From a virus (taxonomy: Duplodnaviria; Caudoviricetes), in the IMG/VR virus record IMGVR_UViG_3300036794_000036, positions 1 through 50,480 of that record: a stretch of 50,480 nt of DNA; one strand, written 5' to 3'. Below are positions 28,432 through 37,888 of the stretch, piece after piece (position 1 is the first letter of the stretch; each line of letters opens with the position of its first letter). The notes under the pieces are model-generated. The model searched no databases and was not told where the DNA came from. It saw only the letters and a program-made list of their open reading frames with translations. The translations under genes and the position numbers were made by a program.

Positions 28432-30201
28432 TTACCCCAGAGATTCGCTCTGTGAATTTTCGGTAATCGTGACCGTCTGGCTTGAGAGGTCGAGCGAGAA
28501 CACGATATCGATGTAGTTGAGGGTGAAGGCCGGGCGGTATGAGTAGCTCGCCTTGATGGTCGTCGGTTCGAGTGACGCTATCTGTACGACCGGAGTCTTG
28601 AAGTCCACGAGGTCGCCCGCTGACTGGAGCGCGCTAAGAACACCGACAATGGCAGAGCGCACGATGATCGGCGAGTTACCGTCTGCGATGATCTGACCGA
28701 TGATCTGGTTTTCGAGCGTCTCTTTGACGGATTCGACCATTAGGAACTTGGCACGGACCACCGATACCTCAGAGCGAGATGCACCGTGGCCGGTGTCGAG
28801 TGAAATCGCGTGACGGCAGCGGATCTGTCCGCCCTGGATCTGCTCGATGACCATGAGCCCTTCGCCACCATCTTCGTTCTTCTGTACTGGCGTGCGGAGG
28901 TCGCGGACCTTGGTGAATCCGGTGATGCCCTTGCGGGTAAGCGATGAGGCGACCGGGCGAGATGCCAGGGCTCCAGCAACCGCAGCGGCCATGTACTGAC
29001 CACCAAGGCCAGCTTCTCCACCTTCGGGGAGGGAGACGCCGTAGTTACCACCGTTGACGAGGACGTTTTGTGCAGCGAGCTTGCCACCAGCGTAGGCGCG
29101 GACGTTGCGGGCGTGTGACCACAGCGTCGTCTCTAGGGCTTCGCCGGTAGTAGAGTCCTCGCCAAAGATGCCGTAGATGAACTGCTCTTCGATCTCACGG
29201 TATTGCTCGTAGCCGAGCACGGCGCTGATGATCGAGTTCATCGTGCTGTCTTTGACTTCTTTCATGCTCTGACCAACAACCGGAACCAACAGGTCAATAG
29301 CTTCTACTAGATTGAGAGCTTTGAGCGTGCCTTCCCACGTTTTGACTTCAGCGTTCTGTTTCGCAGTCGGCTGTTCTGCATTGATGATGAATCCGTTCGA
29401 GTCGTATTCCGGTTCAGTGCCGGTGCTCAGCGCGAATAGTGGCTGAAGGATAACGTTGCCTGCTCCGCTTTCGAATGCCTTCTGAGCAGCGAGGCTGAGC
29501 GGTGACGTGTATTCGCCTTGGGTGTTCTTTTCGAGCGCGTTGCCGAAGCGATTCTGGACTTCGTTGAAGTTGAAGAGACGGATCGGGTTGTAGTAGCCAG
29601 CCGGAACGTAGGTGTAGGTGACGTTGACCAACTGGTTGGCCTTGATCAGACCACCGTTGATGCGCACCACTGCGCCTGCTTCTTTGTCCACTTTGTAGGC
29701 TCCGACGCCTTCTTTGTATTCCTTGAACCCTTTACCTTCGTTTTCACCTTCGGCAGGGTTGGTAGCGCTGTAGACGGAGATGACCCCTTCCAGCTTTGAG
29801 CCAGGCAGAGATGCGAGGAACGGAAGCGAAGTCGGTTCCAGTTCGAAGACGATCGTGGTTTCTTTAGTTTCGGTGGCGTTGTGGCTAAGTTCGACTTCGG
29901 TTTCACTCGGCACGGCCGTTACGGTTGTGCCTTCCGGAATGCCCGTGCCAGTCGCAGTAGAGCCAACGTCAATGAGTTCTTTGGCTTTTTCGAGTCCTTT
30001 GACGCCTTTTTCGCCGCTTTTGATTTTGGCGGTTTTGGCTTCAAATGCGCCGCCCCCCAAGCGAACCTGATCGGTGCGTGTCTGGTGGCCAAGCGTGAGG
30101 CCAACGAGGACCACTTCGGAAGAGGAAGCAATAAGCGGGACGACCTGCGGAGCGACTGCCTCCGTGATAGTGACGCCAGGTGGTACGTAAGGTTGTGCCA
30201 T
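28432..30201 (-). CDS. tail sheath protein
   Basis: YVPPGVTITE N-terminus; SLTRKGITGF...GLMVIEQ...RCRHAIS...EVSVVR...YRPAFTLNYI. Confidence 0.9.
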   Translation of the reverse strand: MAQPYVPPGVTITEAVAPQVVPLIASSSEVVLVGLTLGHQTRTDQVRLGGGAFEAKTAKIKSGEKGVKGLEKAKELIDVGSTATGTGIPEGTTVTAVPSETEVELSHNATETKETTIVFELEPTSLPFLASLPGSKLEGVISVYSATNPAEGENEGKGFKEYKEGVGAYKVDKEAGAVVRINGGLIKANQLVNVTYTYVPAGYYNPIRLFNFNEVQNRFGNALEKNTQGEYTSPLSLAAQKAFESGAGNVILQPLFALSTGTEPEYDSNGFIINAEQPTAKQNAEVKTWEGTLKALNLVEAIDLLVPVVGQSMKEVKDSTMNSIISAVLGYEQYREIEEQFIYGIFGEDSTTGEALETTLWSHARNVRAYAGGKLAAQNVLVNGGNYGVSLPEGGEAGLGGQYMAAAVAGALASRPVASSLTRKGITGFTKVRDLRTPVQKNEDGGEGLMVIEQIQGGQIRCRHAISLDTGHGASRSEVSVVRAKFLMVESVKETLENQIIGQIIADGNSPIIVRSAIVGVLSALQSAGDLVDFKTPVVQIASLEPTTIKASYSYRPAFTLNYIDIVFSLDLSSQTVTITENSQSESLG

Positions 30202-30236
30202 CACAGGTTATCTCTGCGGACCAGCGCCTTAGTAAG

Positions 30237-31328
30237 CTACAGCTTGCGCGGTTCGAGCGTGGCTTTGAAGCTCATCCCGGCATCAAAGGCTCTGCGCCTT
30301 TCTCCATAGACCGGCGGGAAGTTGAAGTAGTCCTCGTTCGGGACCTGCCCTTCAGGGAATTCGCTCGGTTCAACTTCGCCATACTGGCCTTCAGGCGTAT
30401 CCGAAATGCCAGCCGTGTTCCACGGGTAAAGCTTGACGCGCTTGACCAGGCCGAGCGTGCCTTTGTGGCCTTTCGGAGTGATGCTGTAGAACTCACCAAG
30501 GATTGGAACACGATACTCGCATCGGTAGACCCAGGTGTCCTCGGGCATCCATGGTGCAATTTCCTCGCGGTCGCCATATCCGGAGAGCAGATCTGTGTTG
30601 ACAGCGATGAAGTGCCAGTCTGAGTAAGGGCTGAGTCCGATGGTGTCGTAGATGCGTTCCTGGAAGGTCTTGCCCTCTTCCCCGACGATACCCATCTGCA
30701 CGACTTCGACCAGCGCATCTGCGATCTTGTCACGGTCGGGTGAGTTGAGTCCGTAGACCTCTAGAGCAATGTCACCGTGGTAGATGCTGTGGTGGTACTC
30801 GATGAACTTTTCGTTGATGTCCAGTTCGCCCCTGATCGACAACGTGGTTTCACGAGTTTCGAATGCCTCCTTGTTGATGAGTACACTCGACTCGCCAGTG
30901 ACCCGGATCACGATGGCGTTTTTGGGAATGCCGTTGCCTTTGATTTCAGTAATGCCAGGGAACAAGTCTTGGGTCGTGGCAAGCCCTGTGATTTCGCCCG
31001 AGCCTGTCGTGATGTGGCCCACGCCCGTGAGAATGATCACATCGGCTTCAGGACCCCACTCCATGTGCCCCACGCCCGCGTTCTTGAGTTGCTGCTCGTA
31101 GAACTTGACGACGACCGATGGGAAGTTAGCGCGTGTGGTCTGGTAGTCGGGACCGATTTTCGTTTTGAGCAGCGTGGGATCTTCGTAAAGGTTGAAGGCG
31201 TTCTGGAGCGCCTCGACCATCGTGCGCTTGAGGAACGTCTTGTACTGGAGCGTCTGCTGCGCCAGATATCGCGGTTTCTGCGGGCGAGGGTTGGGAACAA
31301 CCGACTGTTGATCTTTCTGAGCAGGCAT
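30237..31328 (-). CDS. tail terminator / head-tail completion protein
   Basis: TAATG-coupled start at 31328; FPSVVVKF; located upstream of the sheath. Confidence 0.65.
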   Translation of the reverse strand: MPAQKDQQSVVPNPRPQKPRYLAQQTLQYKTFLKRTMVEALQNAFNLYEDPTLLKTKIGPDYQTTRANFPSVVVKFYEQQLKNAGVGHMEWGPEADVIILTGVGHITTGSGEITGLATTQDLFPGITEIKGNGIPKNAIVIRVTGESSVLINKEAFETRETTLSIRGELDINEKFIEYHHSIYHGDIALEVYGLNSPDRDKIADALVEVVQMGIVGEEGKTFQERIYDTIGLSPYSDWHFIAVNTDLLSGYGDREEIAPWMPEDTWVYRCEYRVPILGEFYSITPKGHKGTLGLVKRVKLYPWNTAGISDTPEGQYGEVEPSEFPEGQVPNEDYFNFPPVYGERRRAFDAGMSFKATLEPRKL

Positions 31329-31612
31329 TAGCACTTCCTCCACTCGCCGCGCTCCAACCATCCGTGCCACAACTCGTGATCAATGCCATCCCGGCGTTCC
31401 TCAATGAGCAACGACGGGCTCGCGGTGATCGTGCCGTCATCGTGCTCAGTCACGTCATGGGCGTCAAGATTGCCGAGATGCCCATTTGGCGTTACACACC
31501 ACCATTGCCAACGATGTTGCTCTCCGCCCACATCTACACGTCCGTAAGCACCGGGTCGAAAGGGGTTATCCCGCAACTCGTTATCGGCTACTCGGTGACC
31601 ATTGATGACCAT
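31328..31612 (-). CDS. small protein, DUF6527-like
   Basis: WWCVTPNG...GTITASPSLL...WHGWLERGEWRKC; TAATG-coupled on both sides. Confidence 0.55.
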   Translation of the reverse strand: MVINGHRVADNELRDNPFRPGAYGRVDVGGEQHRWQWWCVTPNGHLGNLDAHDVTEHDDGTITASPSLLIEERRDGIDHELWHGWLERGEWRKC

Positions 31613-32379
31613 TATCTGTCCGTCTCCACGCGATATATTGGGTCCGTTTCAGGCACCTTGCTCGCTTCGCACTGCTGACCGACCAAGTGACGGTTACCTC
31701 CGGCGGTCAGGTTCGCGGTGTCCTGCTCGCGTCGTCCGTAGCCATCGCGCTGGAGTGCTGCTGCGCCACGCATCGTGATCGGGTAAACCTGCTTGAGTTG
31801 GTAGCGCTCGAACGTCTGGATGATGTTCTCGGAGGCATCGATTTCGCAGGGGATGAGGAGATCGTTGTCGCCGACCTGTGGGAACCACGGCAACTGGAGC
31901 TTCGCCTGCTGCGTCCTTATGAGAGAACCCTCCTCCGTGAGCTTGTACACATCTTCTGGCGCGTCCGGCAGGATTGCGTACGTTAGGTAGCCAGGGCCAA
32001 ACCCTCGATAGAGCGGAGCGTCTTCCCATTCGGGTTCTGGTTCTTCCTGAATGACTAGTTCGGCTGGTTCGGTTTCGGTGGCTGGCTTGATCCACTCGCC
32101 GCGCGGAGCCTTCTCAACCGAGACGTAGCCAATGCCATAGGAGAGTTGGTCGTCGTGGATCGGCTGCTGGTAGATCGTGTCGAGGCCCACGCTCGCTTCC
32201 GCCACACCCTTTTCCACATCCTGGATCGTGAACATGTGCTTGATGAGCACGGGTGTTCCCATGCGGCGCATCGTTTCCAGTGAGAGGCGTCGGCGGCGCA
32301 GCATGTCTTGCGGCACGCCTTCGTCTCCGAGGTACCGGATTACGTTTTTGTAGATGGGTTTGAGGAGGGCGGTAGGCAC
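31612..32379 (-). CDS. head closure / neck protein
   Basis: AAGGAG RBS with GTG 32379; WFPQVGDNDLLI...ERYQL; position in the neck region. Confidence 0.65.
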   Translation of the reverse strand: MPTALLKPIYKNVIRYLGDEGVPQDMLRRRRLSLETMRRMGTPVLIKHMFTIQDVEKGVAEASVGLDTIYQQPIHDDQLSYGIGYVSVEKAPRGEWIKPATETEPAELVIQEEPEPEWEDAPLYRGFGPGYLTYAILPDAPEDVYKLTEEGSLIRTQQAKLQLPWFPQVGDNDLLIPCEIDASENIIQTFERYQLKQVYPITMRGAAALQRDGYGRREQDTANLTAGGNRHLVGQQCEASKVPETDPIYRVETDR

Positions 32380-32384
32380 ACCGA

Positions 32385-32555
32385 TTACTCCTTGAACGGA
32401 CAATCCGTCATCGAGTGGGGATCACTGATATAGACGTAGGTGGCCCAACCTTCCCGCTCTTGCTTGCCGATCTTCGGGCTGTCGGGTGGTACCCGTTCGA
32501 TGAGTCGATCGGGTTGTGCCGACAAGGGGTTGGTTGTGATGCGATCAACGTGCAT
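32385..32555 (-). CDS. hypothetical protein (56 aa)
   Basis: ATG overlaps the upstream TAA; fills the gap in the operon. Confidence 0.5.
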   Translation of the reverse strand: MHVDRITTNPLSAQPDRLIERVPPDSPKIGKQEREGWATYVYISDPHSMTDCPFKE

Positions 32556-33661
32556 TAGAAGAACCCACGTCCCACGTTCTGGGTACGCCATGTGCCGTTG
32601 AAGAACAGACGGCCAGCCTTGGAGCCAACGAGCAGAGCCGAGTGGCCAAGGTTGAGTTCCTGACGCTTGTAGAGTCGGACCATGGAGATCCAGTCTTCGC
32701 GCTCCGTCGCGTATGCCGTCTGCCACGCTTGCGCGTAACGGGTACGATCCTCGTAGGCGATCTGCGCCCCCTGCGGCACCGGCTGCTCGATGTATGAACG
32801 GATCATGTGAAGCAAGACCTTGCACATAACACCCTTCGACAAGAGTGGCATGAGCGGATTGATTTCGCCATTGCCGAGCGGGCGTGCGAAGTACGAGATC
32901 GAGTACTGAGTTGGCGGCATCTGCACGTTGATGTCGAGCATCGCTTCGGGGATAAAGCGTTCGATTTTCCTGACATCAAAGTGAGCGAGTGTGTAGTCAC
33001 GCAGGATCGGTCCACCCTCGACCGAATCAAAGGCGTCCTCGAATCGCAGCCACACTTCTTCTGCGACAAGCTGCGGTTCGGTCGGCGGCGGGATGTTGAA
33101 CGGATCGAGCACGGCGAAGTTGACCATGACCGATTTGATCTCCTGGGTGTTGAGCGTGAATTGCGCCTGCACGAGGTACTCTCCGGACTGTTCGGTGTCA
33201 GTCCATTGCAGATAGCCACGTCCGTCCTCTTCGACTTCCCCAGGCCATTGGGTACTTTCGAATTCGAGTTCAATTTCTTCTGTCGGGTTGGTGAGCAGCG
33301 ATTCGTAGTCCATCAGGATCGCGGTGCCGCTAAGGATTTTGGCGACTGAAGCTCCCGGCTTGATGTGGTTGCCACGGACCAGGGTCTTGCCGGGAACGAG
33401 CCCTATAGTCGATTCGATCCCGGTGATTTCAAAGCCTTTGTTGGTTAGCGAGCTTGGTTCCCCTTTGTAGATGGTCCCTTTGGCTTTTTTGAGCGTGGCA
33501 GGATTACCGACCAGGATGCCATCGGGGCGCTGGATCGTGAATTCGACTCCCGCGATGTCTTCCTGAGGCACGACGCCTTCGCGTTCACGCAGGGCAGCGT
33601 AAAGCTCAGCGGTGTCACCACGGTTGATCGGGTTGAGTTGGTATCGAACTCCAAGACTCAT
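32555..33661 (-). CDS. head-tail adaptor / neck protein with N-terminal Ig-like domain
   Basis: N-terminal RGDT...FTIQRPDG...GEYLVQAQF; helical C-terminal domain (RSYIEQP, DRTRYAQAW). Confidence 0.65.
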   Translation of the reverse strand: MSLGVRYQLNPINRGDTAELYAALREREGVVPQEDIAGVEFTIQRPDGILVGNPATLKKAKGTIYKGEPSSLTNKGFEITGIESTIGLVPGKTLVRGNHIKPGASVAKILSGTAILMDYESLLTNPTEEIELEFESTQWPGEVEEDGRGYLQWTDTEQSGEYLVQAQFTLNTQEIKSVMVNFAVLDPFNIPPPTEPQLVAEEVWLRFEDAFDSVEGGPILRDYTLAHFDVRKIERFIPEAMLDINVQMPPTQYSISYFARPLGNGEINPLMPLLSKGVMCKVLLHMIRSYIEQPVPQGAQIAYEDRTRYAQAWQTAYATEREDWISMVRLYKRQELNLGHSALLVGSKAGRLFFNGTWRTQNVGRGFF

Positions 33662-33685
33662 ACATCCATTACATGCGCGGATGGC

Positions 33686-33694
33686 TGTTACAAT
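33686..33694 (+). promoter_or_regulatory. extended -10 promoter, leaderless (TGtTACAAT-N6-ATG)
   Basis: The hexamer ends 6 nt before ATG 33701. Confidence 0.6.
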
Positions 33695-33700
33695 GAGCCA

Positions 33701-34075
33701 ATGGCAGCAACACGCTCAACGGCCCAGATCGCATGGGCGGCTGGGATCTTTGAGGGCGAGGGCTCTTTCAGTACCCATACGGTCTATGGGAAAATCTATC
33801 CTCGCGCTAGTGTCGAAATGAATGACGAAGATGTCGTTCATCTCTATCACGAGATTGTGGGGGTTGGGACTCTTCTTCAACGCAAGCGCCCAGACCTCCG
33901 ACACATATCGGTGGTGCAAGATATAGCTGGTTTTCGTACCTTGGTGGATCTTCTCGACCCTTGGCTAGGTTCTCGACGCAAAGCCAAAGCAACTCAGATC
34001 ATAAGCGCTCTAGGGGATCGACAGGGGTCTGCTAACATGGTGCAAAGTCGGAGAAAGACGCACGGTCATGTATAA
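33701..34075 (+). CDS. free-standing single-motif LAGLIDADG homing endonuclease-like protein
   Basis: IAWAAGIFEGEGSF...SVEMNDEDVV...GVG...LLDPWLGSRRKAKA. Confidence 0.8.
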   Translation: MAATRSTAQIAWAAGIFEGEGSFSTHTVYGKIYPRASVEMNDEDVVHLYHEIVGVGTLLQRKRPDLRHISVVQDIAGFRTLVDLLDPWLGSRRKAKATQIISALGDRQGSANMVQSRRKTHGHV

Positions 34076-34505
34076 GCACGTTGCTGTATTCGAACTAGAT
34101 GGTCAATTCTTGGGCTACGCCGTCAAGGAGGCTAACAACCGCACCCTCCAGTCCACTCATCTCTACGCTGAGGAGGAGGGAGAGGACCTAGCCAAGCGCA
34201 TTGCTGAGTTGAACGAGTCGCAGAATGTGCTTGCAGTTTGGCCGGACGCTCGTGATCCGGACGTGCAACGGCTTGTCAATGATCCCTCTTTCGAGCCGAT
34301 CGAGATGACCGATGAGGAGGTTGTTGATGAGGACAACAGCTATATCGCCTACCTGAAAGATGCGGATGGAGAAGATACTTTCGAGATCGATGCAGAGGCA
34401 TCCGTCCTCGCCTACAAGACCGCCAAGGTCCCGGCGCGGCCATCGGATGTGATGGCAAGAACGAAGAAGGCGTGCGAGGTTGTTGCGCGCCAGCGGGCGA
34501 GCTGA
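34068..34505 (+). CDS. hypothetical acidic protein
   Basis: 145-aa ORF overlapping the upstream stop. Confidence 0.7.
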   Translation: MYKHVAVFELDGQFLGYAVKEANNRTLQSTHLYAEEEGEDLAKRIAELNESQNVLAVWPDARDPDVQRLVNDPSFEPIEMTDEEVVDEDNSYIAYLKDADGEDTFEIDAEASVLAYKTAKVPARPSDVMARTKKACEVVARQRAS

Positions 34506-34506
34506 T

Positions 34507-34833
34507 ATGCTTAGCTACATGGAGCGAACGCCTCTGCAACAGGAGTTCTTCCGACGCAGCGAAGATGATCCCTATCTCCGCATGATCCAAAAGATGTGGG
34601 TCGATGCGTATCTGTCGGGTTACGAAGAGGCGCTTCATCGCACAGATTCATGGGACGCGCATGAGCTTTCGCGCAGCGATGTACGCGAGATTGCTGTATC
34701 GTGGCTCACGGAGAAAGAGGATCGGGCAGACGAGCTAGTCGCTCTTGCTACGCTGGGTTACAAGATGGAGAAACTTGCCATCGAGGTAATTGAGAGGTTG
34801 ATGAACCCAAAGTTGATCGCGGGGATTGGATGA
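34507..34833 (+). CDS. hypothetical protein
   Basis: Helical ORF, ATGA-coupled to the next gene. Confidence 0.65.
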   Translation: MLSYMERTPLQQEFFRRSEDDPYLRMIQKMWVDAYLSGYEEALHRTDSWDAHELSRSDVREIAVSWLTEKEDRADELVALATLGYKMEKLAIEVIERLMNPKLIAGIG

Positions 34834-35690
34834 GCACAAAGCGCACACTGGTAATCGGTGATTGCCACGGACACCTAGATCGCCTAGAAGCCCTCCTCAA
34901 ACAAGAGGGCCTCCTTGACGACTGCCCAGACAGCGGTGTAGTACGCCGCAATCACGATGTCGAGGTCGTGCAGCTTGGCGACCTTGGTCATTTCGGCGAT
35001 ACGCAATCTAAGGATCGATCGATATGGAGTGCCGCTCCTAACTGGCTCGACGTGATCTTGTGGGGCAACCACGACCGTGCCGCGATCGATGGTCGGCACT
35101 CCTTCATGGGCTACCAGAAGCCTTTCCCGGAGACGCTCGATGCCGTCAAGGCTGCCCTCAAGAGCGGCAAGCTACGGCTCGCACACGAGGCTCATGGCTT
35201 CCTGCTGACGCACGCCGGATTGCACTCCAAGTACAAGTACAACAAAGCTCCCCAAGAAGACTCGGCCGAGATCGCGGCGTGGCTCAATGAACGCGAGAAC
35301 GAAGATAGCCAAGACGAAGACTTCCTGGCTATCAGGGATGCGATCAGCTACACGCGCGGCGGACGCTCTACCCATGGAGGAATCCTCTGGCGCGATGCTT
35401 CCGAGAGCCTATATACTCCGATCCGTCAGGTCTTTGGGCATTCCAAGGGCAACAAGGTGCGTCGCTATCAGTCCAAAGGTGTCGGCGATTCGTACTGCGT
35501 AGATCTTGGCGATCCGTTCAACGGACGCCTCGCCGCCATCTGGCTTCCCGAGAAGACGATCGTGGAAGTCAAGATCGAGAGCGATCAGGCCACCAAAGAT
35601 CTTGAGGATCAGGCCAGGAAGCGCGTCGAGGAAATGCGCTGCGACCCATTCTGGGCCGAAGGCGGACCCTGGCATAAACTCGTTGTCTGA
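34830..35690 (+). CDS. calcineurin-like metallophosphoesterase
   Basis: GDCHG, LGDLGH, WGNHD, THAG, QVFGHS. Confidence 0.9.
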   Translation: MSTKRTLVIGDCHGHLDRLEALLKQEGLLDDCPDSGVVRRNHDVEVVQLGDLGHFGDTQSKDRSIWSAAPNWLDVILWGNHDRAAIDGRHSFMGYQKPFPETLDAVKAALKSGKLRLAHEAHGFLLTHAGLHSKYKYNKAPQEDSAEIAAWLNERENEDSQDEDFLAIRDAISYTRGGRSTHGGILWRDASESLYTPIRQVFGHSKGNKVRRYQSKGVGDSYCVDLGDPFNGRLAAIWLPEKTIVEVKIESDQATKDLEDQARKRVEEMRCDPFWAEGGPWHKLVV

Positions 35691-35968
35691 TGCCCCTCTA
35701 CGACTACCGCTGTAGCCACTGCGGCGAATGTAGCGAGCAGCGTCTTCCTATAACGGCCATCACGGACACGATCACCTGTCCGGGTTGCGGACATCCGGCA
35801 GATCGTGTATACTCCGTCCCAGCAATTCGTTTCACCGGGCCGGGATTCCACAACACCGACTACCGGCAGGGCAAGAAGCGGGAAGATCAGAAAGACCAAC
35901 CTACTCCGCAGGAAACGAAGGAGAAAGTCGATGCAGGTAAAGGCAGCAGTACCGGCAAATCTGCTTGA
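35690..35968 (+). CDS. FmdB-family zinc-ribbon protein
   Basis: MPLYDYRCSHCG...CPGCG...RVYS.PAIRFTGPGFHNTDY. Confidence 0.85.
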   Translation: MPLYDYRCSHCGECSEQRLPITAITDTITCPGCGHPADRVYSVPAIRFTGPGFHNTDYRQGKKREDQKDQPTPQETKEKVDAGKGSSTGKSA

Positions 35969-36254
35969 CGGGCACTGGAAGATCGCTTCTCGACGCATCT
36001 CCAAGCGAGCCATCTTCCCTATCGCCCTCGCTCTCATCGCTCTGGCGGGTCTGTTCTCTCCGCTCTTCGATCTCAATCACGTCCACGGCTTCCCTGGAAC
36101 GAAGCTCTACGCGCAGCATCTCTTCTTCGACGGGATCGCCGACGCGGGAGGCTTCTACGCCTCGACGTTCTGCAAGCACTGGTATCATAAGATTCCGATA
36201 GCCGTTGGGTTTGCATTCGGGTCCACGTTGCTGCTCGTTACACTGGTGGGCTGA
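35931..36254 (+). CDS. membrane protein
   Basis: AAGGAG RBS with ATG 35931; at least two hydrophobic segments. Confidence 0.65.
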   Translation: MQVKAAVPANLLDGHWKIASRRISKRAIFPIALALIALAGLFSPLFDLNHVHGFPGTKLYAQHLFFDGIADAGGFYASTFCKHWYHKIPIAVGFAFGSTLLLVTLVG

Positions 36255-36544
36255 TGAACTGGGCCGTCAGTCAAGATACCCTCGATCAGCTCCTTCTCCA
36301 GGAAGAACGCCAGAGCGCAAGCACCACGCAAGCAGCCTTGGCGCGAGCAGAAAGCGAACGGGATAACTTCCGTGAGGGGTGGCTTTCTCGTGGTCGCAGC
36401 ATCAACCGTATGGGCGACATACTCCGCAACCCTCCGCGCGAGATCGCAGACCTGATCGAGGAGATGGAGGGCCGTTACCCAGAGACGGTCATCGCTCGTG
36501 CGCTGTGCAGTCTAATCCTTCACATCGAGAATCGCGATCAATGA
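36254..36544 (+). CDS. hypothetical coiled-coil protein
   Basis: TGATG coupling with the upstream gene. Confidence 0.65.
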   Translation: MNWAVSQDTLDQLLLQEERQSASTTQAALARAESERDNFREGWLSRGRSINRMGDILRNPPREIADLIEEMEGRYPETVIARALCSLILHIENRDQ

Positions 36545-36717
36545 TCTGGGTAGACCTGGGCCTCGGCACCCTCTCATCGTTCATCGGCAGCATGATTGCG
36601 CTGGCGCTCTGGATGCACTATGACCTAGAGGGCTGGTGGGAGGAGCGCCGTCTAGCCCATGGCAAGCGGCTAGACGAGCGCCAACGCAAGGCTGCTGAAC
36701 AGCACGGCAAGCGCTAG
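36541..36717 (+). CDS. small membrane protein
   Basis: ATGA coupling; N-terminal TM helix and basic tail. Confidence 0.6.
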   Translation: MIWVDLGLGTLSSFIGSMIALALWMHYDLEGWWEERRLAHGKRLDERQRKAAEQHGKR

Positions 36718-37004
36718 CTGCCCGGCTGTACGTAGACGGGCTCGATCCTGAAACCGATATGATCTCCGCGCGAATTGCGGAGAACGGCTCTCGGGCCTTT
36801 CCTAGCCTCGTCAACGGAACGAGAGGAGAAGTAACAGGCATTCATCATACCGAACTCCAAAGCACTACGCATGTGCTCATCGCGCCTACGCGCTTCTCGT
36901 ACCTCGGGTTTCTCCTCGATCTCAGTGAGCGCACCACCCCATAGCGACTGAGGTCGCTTGCGTTTGCGGGGTCTATGCTGGAGCCACCAAACACGCATAC
37001 CCAT
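36714..37004 (-). CDS. hypothetical protein
   Basis: 96 aa; starts 2 nt after the upstream stop. Confidence 0.55.
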   Translation of the reverse strand: MGMRVWWLQHRPRKRKRPQSLWGGALTEIEEKPEVREARRRDEHMRSALEFGMMNACYFSSRSVDEARKGPRAVLRNSRGDHIGFRIEPVYVQPGS

Positions 37005-37006
37005 GA

Positions 37007-37888
37007 CTAGCTCGTCCTAGTCGGCTCAACAGACACAGTGAGTCCAAGGACCTCCTCAGGGCGTCCCTGCGTGCCTTTGATGCGTGCGAGCTTGTCCTGC
37101 ACCGCGAGCCTCGCGTTGTCCGTGAGAGGACCCTGTGAGATGATCGCCGGGTTGCCTCCGGTCGGTACGAAGTGCGCTACCTGATCCGTTGCCGCAGGCA
37201 CCTGGTCTGGGCGTAGGATGCCGCCTAGCGGAGCTTTCGGCTTGGCGTTCGGGTCGATGTACCCGACCACGACGCCCTGCTGGTTGTACTCCGTCTCCAC
37301 GGTGAGTTTCTTGATCGGCTCCCCGACCTCGTTGGTGATCATCGCCAACGTCGTGTTGGTCTTCTGGATGTTGTGGGTCTGACCAGCGAGGATGCGCTTC
37401 GCCGTGCCATCGCCGATGATCTCGACGCGGCCAAGGTTGGCGCGCAGGATGTGGTCGTTCTCGTCCCCATCCTCAAGCGGGAACATGTCTCCACGGACGC
37501 CACGAGGTTTCAACTCGATGCGGCGCGTTTTGGTGTCTGACTGGCGCTGGAGCCTCAGAGAGAACGGTGACGTGTAGAGGTTGCGGACCCATTTGGGACC
37601 TTCCGCGTCCTCCTCGGCGAGGATTGCGGCCTCTGCGTCTGCTGCTGCCGTGATCTCGATCTCTACGGCCTTCTGCTGGGCCAGCCATGCGTTTACGGGC
37701 TCTGCGACCTCGGACGGGATAGGCAGTCCTGCTGTCTTGAGGGTCGTGTACGTCTCCAGTAGTGCCGCCCACTGCTCTTCAGTGAACTCGTGCGTTACGG
37801 TCTGAGGCTGCTTCGGTGCTGCTTTGCGAGGCGCGGCTTTTTTGCGTGTTGCTTTGCGCTTCGCGGGTGCTTTCGTTGCTGCGGCCAT
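37007..37888 (-). CDS. hypothetical late protein with basic histone-like N-terminal tail
   Basis: AAAGGAG RBS; N-terminus MAAATKAPAKRKATRKKAAPRKAAPK. Confidence 0.8.
   Translation of the reverse strand: MAAATKAPAKRKATRKKAAPRKAAPKQPQTVTHEFTEEQWAALLETYTTLKTAGLPIPSEVAEPVNAWLAQQKAVEIEITAAADAEAAILAEEDAEGPKWVRNLYTSPFSLRLQRQSDTKTRRIELKPRGVRGDMFPLEDGDENDHILRANLGRVEIIGDGTAKRILAGQTHNIQKTNTTLAMITNEVGEPIKKLTVETEYNQQGVVVGYIDPNAKPKAPLGGILRPDQVPAATDQVAHFVPTGGNPAIISQGPLTDNARLAVQDKLARIKGTQGRPEEVLGLTVSVEPTRTS

Noticed and set aside
8617-33350. Many 60-240 aa ORFs overlapping or antisense to structural genes in the ORF track
   Set aside because: Shadow ORFs expected in GC-rich DNA; no motifs, RBS or coupling.
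33701-34075. LAGLIDADG as part of an intein or group I intron
   Set aside because: No splice-junction residues and no interrupted host gene; it has its own promoter and start codon.
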